Shown: one piece after another, positions 54,801 through 64,000 of the stretch
Layout: each line of letters opens with the position of its first letter
How positions within the stretch are numbered: the first letter of the stretch is position 1
Source of the DNA: Eledone cirrhosa
Lineage: Eukaryota
DNA length: 64,000 bases
Direction: 5' to 3'
NCBI GenBank assembly: GCA_964016885.1
Contig: OZ024743.1
Span: 234,298,001 to 234,362,000, forward strand
Program-made: the position numbers and the translations under genes
The notes under the pieces: model-generated
Databases searched by the model: none
What the model was told of the DNA's origin: nothing
The model's input: only the letters and a program-made list of their open reading frames with translations

Positions 54801-57800
54801 TCCGCCGGCGAATGGTGTGCTTCGAAGAAAACGAATCCAAAAATGACGATTTGCCGGCGGAGTTACCTTTTCAATCGCGGGCCGGCCGCCCGTGGTCGGA
54901 TCGATCTGTAATTACTGGTACATGTGCAGACACTCATTGGCTATGTGTGGCGTGAATTTCAGCAAGATATCTCCGTAAAATCAATAGTTGTGGCTGTGGA
55001 ACCAAACCGTGTTAAACGTCAACAAAGTCCGCCGGCGAATGGTGTGCTTCGAAGAAAACGAATCCAAAAATGACGATTTGCCGGCGGAGTTACCTTTTCA
55101 ATCGCGGGCCGGCCGCCCGTGGTCGGATCGATCTGTAATTACTGGTACATGTGCAGACACTCATTGGCTATGTGTGGCGTGAATTTCAGCAAGATATCTC
55201 CGTAAAATCAATAGTTGTGGCTGTGGAACCAAACCGTGTTAAACGTCAGCAAAGTCCGCCGGCAAATGGTGTGCTTCGAAGAAAACGAATCCAAAAATGA
55301 CGATTTGCCGGCGGAGTTACCTTTTCAATCGCGGGCCGGCCGCCCGTGGTCGGATCGATCTGTAATTACTGGTACATGTGCAGACACTCATTGGCTATGG
55401 GTGGCGTGAATTTCAGCAAGATATCTCCGTAAAATCAATTGTTGTGGCTGTGGAACCAAACCGTGTTAAACGTCAACAAAGTCCGCCGGCGAATGGTGTG
55501 CTTCGAAGAAAACGAATCCAAAAATGACGATTTGCCGGCGGAGTTACCTTTTCAATCGCGGGCCGGCCGCCCGTGGTCGGATCGATCTGTAATTACTGGT
55601 ACATGTGCAGACACTCATTGGCTATGTGTGGCGTGAATTTCAGCAAGATATCTCCGTAAAATCAATAGTTGTGGCTGTGGAACCAAACCGTGTTAAACGT
55701 CAGCAAAGTCCGCCGGCGAATGGTGTGCTTCGAAGAAAACGAATCCAAAAATGACGATTTGCCGGCGGAGTTACCTTTTCAATCGCGGCCCGGCCGCCCG
55801 TGGTCGGATCGATCTGTAATTACTGGTACATGTGCAGACACTCATTGGCTATGTGTGGCGTGAATTTCAGCAAGATATCTCCGTAAAATCAATAGTTGTG
55901 GCTGTGGAACCAAACCGTGTTAAACGTCAACAAAGTCCGCCGGCGAATGGTGTGCTTCGAAGAAAACGAATCCAAAAATGACGATTTGCCGGCGGAGTTA
56001 CCTTTTCAATCGCGGGCCGGCCGCCCGTGGTCGGATCGATCTGTAATTACTGGTACATGTGCAGACACTCATTGGCTATGTGTGGCGTGAATTTCAGCAA
56101 GATATCTCCGTAAAATCAATAGTTGTGGCTGTGGAACCAAACCGTGTTAAACGTCAACAAAGTCCGCCGGCGAATGGTGTGCTTCGAAGAAAACGAATCC
56201 AAAAATGACGATTTGCCGGCGGAGTTACCTTTTCAATCGCGGGCCGGCCGCCCGTGGTCGGATCGATCTGTAATTACTGGTACCTGTGCAGACACTCATT
56301 GGCTATGGGTGGCGTGAATTTCAGCAAGATATCTCCGTAAAATCAATAGTTGTGGCTGTGGAACCAAACCGTGTTAAACGTCAGCAAAGTCCGCCGGCGA
56401 ATGGTGTGCTTCGAAGAAAACGAATCCAAAAATGACGATTTGCCGGCGGAGTTACCTTTTCAATCGCGGGCCGGCCGCCCGTGGTCGGATCGATCTGTAA
56501 TTACTGGTAGATGTGCAGACACTCATTGGCTATGGGTGGCGTGAATTTCAGCAAGATATCTCCGTAAAATCAATAGTTGTGGCTGTGGAACCAAACCGTG
56601 TTAAACGTCAGCAAAGTCCGCCGGCGAATGGTGTGCTTCGAAGAAAACGAATCCAAAAATGACGATTTGCCGGCGGAGTTACCTTTTCAATCGCGGGCCG
56701 GCCGCCCATGGTCGGATCGATCTGTAATTACTGGTACCTGTGCAGACACTCATTGGCTATGGGTGGCGTGAATTTCAGCAAGATATCTCCGTAAAATCAA
56801 TAGTTGTGGCTGTGGAACCAAACCGTGTTAAACGTCAACAAAGTCCGCCGGCGAATGGTGTGCTTCGAAGAAAACGAATCCAAAAATGACGATTTGCCGG
56901 CGGAGTTACCTTTTCAATCGCGGGCCGGCCGCCCGTGGTCGGATCGATCTGTAATTACTGGTACATGTGCAGACACTCATTGGCTATGTGTGGCTTGAAT
57001 TTCAGCAAGATATCTCCGTAAAATCAATAGTTGTGGCTGTGGAACCAAACCGTGTTAAACGTCAGCAAAGTCCGCCGGCGAATGGTGTGCTTCGAAGAAA
57101 ACGAATCCAAAAATGACGATTTGCCGGCGGAGTTACCTTTTCAATCGCGGCCCGGCCGCCCGTGGTCGGATCGATCTGTAATTACTGGTACATGTGCAGA
57201 CACTCATTGGCTATGTGTGGCGTGAATTTCAGCAAGATATCTCCGTAAAATCAATAGTTGTGGCTGTGGAACCAAACCGTGTTAAACGTCAACAAAGTCC
57301 GCCGGCGAATGGTGTGCTTCGAAGAAAACGAATCCAAAAATGACGATTTGCCGGCGGAGTTACCTTTTCAATCGCGGGCCGGCCGCCCGTGGTCGGATCG
57401 ATCTGTAATTACTGGTACATGTGCAGACACTCATTGGCTATGGGTGGCGTGAATTTTAGCAAGATATCTCCGTAAAATCAATAGTTGTGGCTGTGGAACC
57501 AAACCGTGTTAAACGTCAACAAAGTCCGCCGGCGAATGGTGTGCTTCGAAGAAAACGAATCCAAAAATGACGATTTGCCGGCGGAGTTACCTTTTCAATC
57601 GCGGGCCGGCCGCCCGTGGTCGGATCGATCTGTAATTACTGGTACATGTGCAGACACTCATTGGCTATGTGTGGCGTGAATTTCAGCAAGATATCTCCGT
57701 AAAATCAATAGTTGTGGCTGTGGAACCAAACCGTGTTAAACGTCAACAAAGTCCGCCGGCGAATGGTGTGCTTCGAAGAAAACGAATCCAAAAATGACGA

Positions 57801-58339
57801 TTTGCCGGCGGAGTTACCTTTTCAATCGCGGGCCGGCCGCCCGTGGTCGGATCGATCTGTAATTACTGGTACCTGTGCAGACACTCATTGGCTATGGGTG
57901 GCGTGAATTTCAGCAAGATATCTCCGTAAAATCAATAGTTGTGGCTGTGGAACCAAACCGTGTTAAACGTCAGCAAAGTCCGCCGGCGAATGGTGTGCTT
58001 CGAAGAAAACGAATCCAAAAATGACGATTTGCCGGCGGAGTTACCTTTTCAATCGCGGGCCGGCCGCCCGTGGTCGGATCGATCTGTAATTACTGGTACA
58101 TGTGCAGACACTCATTGGCTATGTGTGGCGTGAATTTCAGCAAGATATCTCCGTAAAATCAATAGTTGTGGCTGTGGAACCAAACCGTGTTAAACGTCAG
58201 CAAAGTCCGCCGGCGAATGGTGTGCTTCGAAGAAAACGAATCCAAAAATGACGATTTGCCGGCGGAGTTACCTTTTCAATCGCGGGCCGGCCGCCCGTGG
58301 TCGGATCGATCTGTAATTACTGGTAGATGTGCAGACACT
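48806..58339. repeat. Mosaic zone mixing domain A and domain B monomer strings
   Basis: C60T returns at 49773 and A52T at ORFs 50672, 52261 and 55439, interleaved with A215C copies (e.g. ORFs 50902, 53172, 56123, 57712). Confidence 0.75.
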
Positions 58340-61300
58340 CATTGGCTATGGGTGGCGTGAATTTCAGCAAGATATCTCCGTAAAATCAATAGTTGTGGCT
58401 GTGGAACCAAACCGTGTTAAACGTCAACAAAGTCCGCCGGCGAATGGTGTGCTTCGAAGAAAACGAATCCAAAAATGACGATTTGCCGGCGGAGTTACCT
58501 TTTCAATCGCAAACCGGCCGCCCGTGGTCGGATCGATCTGTAATTACTGGTACATGTGCAGACACTCATTGGCTATGTGTGGCGTGAATTTCAGCAAGAT
58601 ATCTCCGTAAAATCAATAGTTGTGGCTGTGGAACCAAACCGTGTTAAACGTCAACAAAGTCCGCCGGCGAATGGTGTGCTTCGAAGAAAACGAATCCAAA
58701 AATGACGATTTGCCGGCGGAGTTATCTTTTCAATCGCAAACCGGCCGCCCGTGGTCGGATCGATCTGTAATTACTGGTACCTGTGCAGACACTCATTGGC
58801 TATGTGTGGCGTGAATTTCAGCAAGATATCTCCGTAAAATCAATAGTTGTGGCTGTGGAACCAAACCGTGTTAAACGTCAACAAAGTCAGCCGGCGAATG
58901 GTGTGCTTCGAAGAAAACGAATCCAAAAATGACGATTTGCCGGCGGAGTTACCTTTTCAATCGCAAACCGACCGCCCGTGGTCGGATCGATCTGTAATTA
59001 CTGGTACATGTGCAGAGACTCATTGGCTATGTGTGGCGTGAATTTCAGCAAGATATCTCCGTGAAATCAATAGTTGTGGCTGTGGAACCAAACCGGGTTA
59101 AACGTCAACAAAGTCCGCCGGCGAATGGTGTGCTTCGAAGAAAACGAATCCAAAAATGACGATTTGCCGGCGGAGTTACCTTTTCAATCGCGGGCCGGCC
59201 GCCCGTGGTCGGATCGATCTGTAATTACTGGTACATGTGCAGACACTCATTGGCTATGTGTGGCGTGAATTTCAGCAAGATATCTCCGTAAAATCAATAG
59301 TTGTGGCTGTGGAACCAAACCGTGTTAAACGTCAACAAAGTCCGCCGGCGAATGGTGTGCTTCGAAGAAAACGAATCCAAAAATGACGATTTGCCGGCGG
59401 AGTTACCTTTTCAATCGCGGGCCGGCCGCCCGTGGTCGGATCGATCTGTAATTACTGGTACATGTGCAGACACTCATTGGCTATGTGTGGCGTGAATTTC
59501 AGCAAGATATCTCCGTAAAATCAATAGTTGTGGCTGTGGAACCAAACCGTGTTAAACGTCAACAAAGTCCGCCGGCGAATGGTGTGCTTCGAAGAAAACG
59601 AATCCAAAAATGACGATTTGCCGGCGGAGTTACCTTTTCAATCGCGGGCCGGCCGCCCGTGGTCGGATCGATCTGTAATTACTGGTACATGTGCAGACAC
59701 TCATTGGCTATGTGTGGCGTGAATTTCAGCAAGATATCTCCGTAAAATCAATAGTTGTGGCTGTGGAACCAAACCGTGTTAAACGTCAACAAAGTCCGCC
59801 GGCGAATGGTGTGCTTCGAAGAAAACGAATCCAAAAATGACGATTTGCCGGCGGAGTTACCTTTTCAATCGCGGGCCGGCCGCCCGTGGTCGGATCGATC
59901 TGTAATTACTGGTACATGTGCAAACACTCATTGGCTATGTGTGGCGTGAATTTCAGCAAGATATCTCCGTAAAATCAATAGTTGTGGCTGTGGAACCAAA
60001 CCGTGTTAAACGTCAACAAAGTCCGCCGGCGAATGGTGTGCTTCGAAGAAAACGAATCCAAAAATGACGATTTGCCGGCGGAGTTACCTTTTCAATCGCA
60101 AACCGGCCGCCCGTGGTCGGATCGATCTGTAATTACTGGTACATGTGTAGACACTCATTGGCTATGTGTGGCGTGAATTTCAGCAAGATATCTCCGTAAA
60201 ATCAATAGTTGTGGCTGTGGAACCAAACCGTGTTAAACGTCAACAAAGTCCGCCGGCGAATGGTGTGCTTCGAAGAAAACGAATCCAAAAATGACGATTT
60301 GCCGGCGGAGTTATCTTTTCAATCGCAAACCGGCCGCCCGTGGTCGGATCGATCTGTAATTACTGGTACCTGTGCAGACACTCATTGGCTATGTGTGGCG
60401 TGAATTTCAGCAAGATATCTCCGTAAAATCAATAGTTGTGGCTGTGGAACCAAACCGTGTTAAACGTCAACAAAGTCAGCCGGCGAATGGTGTGCTTCGA
60501 AGAAAACGAATCCAAAAATGACGATTTGCCGGCGGAGTTACCTTTTCAATCGCAAACCGACCGCCCGTGGTCGGATCGATCTGTAATTACTGGTACATGT
60601 GCAGAGACTCATTGGCTATGTGTGGCGTGAATTTCAGCAAGATATCTCCGTGAAATCAATAGTTGTGGCTGTGGAACCAAACCGGGTTAAACGTCAACAA
60701 AGTCCGCCGGCGAATGGTGTGCTTCGAAGAAAACGAATCCAAAAATGACGATTTGCCGGCGGAGTTACCTTTTCAATCGCGGGCCGGCCGCCCGTGGTCG
60801 GATCGATCTGTAATTACTGGTACATGTGCAGACACTCATTGGCTATGTGTGGCGTGAATTTCAGCAAGATATCTCCGTAAAATCAATAGTTGTGGCTGTG
60901 GAACCAAACCGTGTTAAACGTCAACAAAGTCCGCCGGCGAATGGTGTGCTTCGAAGAAAACGAATCCAAAAATGACGATTTGCCGGCGGAGTTACCTTTT
61001 CAATCGCGGGCCGGCCGCCCGTGGTCGGATCGATCTGTAATTACTGGTACATGTGCAGACACTCATTGGCTATGTGTGGCTTGAATTTCAGCAAGATATC
61101 TCCGTAAAATCAATAGTTGTGGCTGTGGAACCAAACCGTGTTAAACGTCAACAAAGTCCGCCGGCGAATGGTGTGCTTCGAAGAAAACGAATCCAAAAAT
61201 GACGATTTGCCGGCGGAGTTACCTTTTCAATCGCGGGCCGGCCGCCCGTGGTCGGATCGATCTGTAATTACTGGTACATGTGCAGACACTCATTGGCTAT

Positions 61301-64000
61301 GTGTGGCGTGAATTTCAGCAAGATATCTCCGTAAAATCAATAGTTGTGGCTGTGGAACCAAACCGTGTTAAACGTCAACAAAGTCCGCCGGCGAATGGTG
61401 TGCTTCGAAGAAAACGAATCCAAAAATGACGATTTGCCGGCGGAGTTACCTTTTCAATCGCGGGCCGGCCACCCGTGGTCGGATCGATCTGTAATTACTG
61501 GTACATGTGCAGACACTCATTGGCTATGTGTGGCGTGAATTTCAGCAAGATATCTCCGTAAAATCAATAGTTGTGGCTGTGGAACCAAACCGTGTTAAAC
61601 GTCAACAAAGTCCGCCGGCGAATGGTGTGCTTCGAAGAAAACGAATCCAAAAATGACGATTTGCCGGCGGAGTTACCTTTTCAATCGCAAACCGGCCGCC
61701 CGTGGTCGGATCGATCTGTAATTACTGGTACATGTGCAGACACTCATTGGCTATGTGTGGCGTGAATTTCAGCAAGATATCTCCGTAAAATCAATAGTTG
61801 TGGCTGTGGAACCAAACCGTGTTAAACGTCAACAAAGTCCGCCGGCGAATGGTGTGCTTCGAAGAAAACGAATCCAAAAATGACGATTTGCCGGCGGAGT
61901 TACCTTTTCAATCGCGGGCCGGCCGCCCGTGGTCGGATCGATCTGTAATTACTGGTACATGTGCAGACACTCATTGGCTATGTGTGGCTTGAATTTCAGC
62001 AAGATATCTCCGTAAAATCAATAGTTGTGGCTGTGGAACCAAACCGTGTTAAACGTCAACAAAGTCCGCCGGCGAATGGTGTGCTTCGAAGAAAACGAAT
62101 CCAAAAATGACGATTTGCCGGCGGAGTTACCTTTTCAATCGCGGGCCGGCCGCCCGTGGTCGGATCGATCTGTAATTACTGGTACATGTGCAGACACTCA
62201 TTGGCTATGTGTGGCGTGAATTTCAGCAAGATATCTCCGTAAAATCAATAGTTGTGGCTGTGGAACCAAACCGTGTTAAACGTCAACAAAGTCCGCCGGC
62301 GAATGGTGTGCTTCGAAGAAAACGAATCCAAAAATGACGATTTGCCGGCGGAGTTACCTTTTCAATCGCAAACCGGCCGCCCGTGGTCGGATCGATCTGT
62401 AATTACTGGTACATGTGCAGACACTCATTGGCTATGTGTGGCGTGAATTTCAGCAAGATATCTCCGTAAAATCAATAGTTGTGGCTGTGGAACCAAACCG
62501 TGTTAAACGTCAACAAAGTCCGCCGGCGAATGGTGTGCTTCGAAGAAAACGAATCCAAAAATGACGATTTGCCGGCGGAGTTATCTTTTCAATCGCAAAC
62601 CGGCCGCCCGTGGTCGGATCGATCTGTAATTACTGGTACCTGTGCAGACACTCATTGGCTATGTGTGGCGTGAATTTCAGCAAGATATCTCCGTAAAATC
62701 AATAGTTGTGGCTGTGGAACCAAACCGTGTTAAACGTCAACAAAGTCAGCCGGCGAATGGTGTGCTTCGAAGAAAACGAATCCAAAAATGACGATTTGCC
62801 GGCGGAGCTACCTTTTCAATCGCAAACCGACCGCCCGTGGTCGGATCGATCTGTAATTACTGGTACATGTGCAGAGACTCATTGGCTATGTGTGGCGTGA
62901 ATTTCAGCAAGATATCTCCGTGAAATCAATAGTTGTGGCTGTGGAACCAAACCGGGTTAAACGTCAACAAAGTCCGCCGGCGAATGGTGTGCTTCGAAGA
63001 AAACGAATCCAAAAATGACGATTTGCCGGCGGAGTTACCTTTTCAATCGCGGGCCGGCCGCCCGTGGTCGGATCGATCTGTAATTACTGGTACATGTGCA
63101 GACACTCATTGGCTATGTGTGGCGTGAATTTCAGCAAGATATCTCCGTAAAATCAATAGTTGTGGCTGTGGAACCAAACCGTGTTAAACGTCAACAAAGT
63201 CCGCCGGCGAATGGTGTGCTTCGAAGAAAACGAATCCAAAAATGACGATTTGCCGGCGGAGTTACCTTTTCAATCGCGGGCCGGCCGCCCGTGGTCGGAT
63301 CGATCTGTAATTACTGGTACATGTGCAGACACTCATTGGCTATGTGTGGCGTGAATTTCAGCAAGATATCTCCGTAAAATCAATAGTTGTGGCTGTGGAA
63401 CCAAACCGTGTTAAACGTCAACAAAGTCCGCCGGCGAATGGTGTGCTTCGAAGAAAACGAATCCAAAAATGACGATTTGCCGGCGGAGTTACCTTTTCAA
63501 TCGCGGGCCGGCCGCCCGTGGTCGGATCGATCTGTAATTACTGGTACATGTGCAGACACTCATTGGCTATGGGTGGCGTGAATTTCAGCAAGATATCTCC
63601 GTAAAATCAATAGTTGTGGCTGTGGAACCAAACCGTGTTAAACGTCAACAAAGTCCGCCGGCGAATGGTGTGCTTCGAAGAAAACGAATCCAAAAATGAC
63701 GATTTGCCGGCGGAGTTACCTTTTCAATCGCGGGCCGGCCGCCCGTGGTCGGATCGATCTGTAATTACTGGTACATGTGCAGACACTCATTGGCTATGTG
63801 TGGCGTGAATTTCAGCAAGATATCTCCGTAAAATCAATAGTTGTGGCTGTGGAACCAAACCGTGTTAAACGTCAACAAAGTCCGCCGGCGAATGGTGTGC
63901 TTCGAAGAAAACGAATCCAAAAATGACGATTTGCCGGCGGAGTTACCTTTTCAATCGCGGGCCGGCCGCCCGTGGTCGGATCGATCTGTAATTACTGGTA
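58340..64000. repeat. Array domain C: divergent subfamily with a 4-monomer cassette repeated three times
   Basis: GGG>AAA at p172-174 starts at 58511. The cassette of ORF variants QT / LS-QT / VS-QTD-AE / TG begins at 58393, 59982 and 62252. No S (CAGC) allele occurs after ORF 58166. Confidence 0.9.

Larger units (their letters stand above)
1..64000. repeat. 227-bp tandem satellite DNA array, ~282 head-to-tail monomers, extending beyond both window edges
   Basis: Sequence at 1-227 recurs every 227 bp. ORF starts are 54, 281, 508 ... 63614 (=54+227x280), so there is no net indel. Copies differ by a few substitutions only. Confidence 0.99.

Noticed and set aside
1-58339. Binary 'code' stored in the N/S and C/W allele order
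   Set aside because: The order is explained by nested duplications, deletions and recombination. Nothing suggests a read-out mechanism.
54-63808. 281 tandem 64/65-aa ORFs as a multicopy gene
   Set aside because: They start at TTG directly after a TAG (ATG only in the copy at 3232), have only 32 bp between copies, and show no recognisable domain. Common variants are often non-synonymous. One chance ORF is simply repeated with the monomer.
1-64000. CRISPR array
   Set aside because: There are no unique spacers. The entire 227 bp is repeated and there are no cas genes.
1-64000. Rolling-circle concatemer of a small circle (viroid-like, eccDNA or amplification artefact)
   Set aside because: Variants recur in ordered, nested multi-monomer blocks and positional domains, and there are no indel errors. 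This fits evolved genomic satellite, not copies of one template. No ribozyme core was recognised.

Overview
The whole 64 kb window is one uninterrupted head-to-tail tandem array of a 227-bp monomer: about 282 copies, about 49% GC by hand count, all in one orientation. The register never shifts, since the repeated ORF starts at 54+227n through n=280. I saw no indels, inversions, insertions or unique sequence. Copies differ only by substitutions at about 30 monomer positions. It looks like a eukaryotic satellite DNA, possibly (peri)centromeric, but I cannot assign family or organism from sequence alone. The 281 repeated 64/65-aa ORFs are a by-product of the repeat, not credible genes, and there is no rRNA, tRNA, CRISPR array or transposase. 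The interest is at two scales. (1) The variant pattern shows layered domains (about 1-35 kb, 35-49 kb, a mosaic 49-58 kb and a more divergent 58-64 kb) with nested 2- to 13-monomer higher-order blocks and chimeric monomers. (2) The monomer has six perfect 8-bp palindromes, competing inverted repeats, phased A-tracts and an apparently invariant loop with a CENP-B-box-like motif. I do not see evidence for a new protein-coding system. 'Monomer position p' means window coordinate p+227n.
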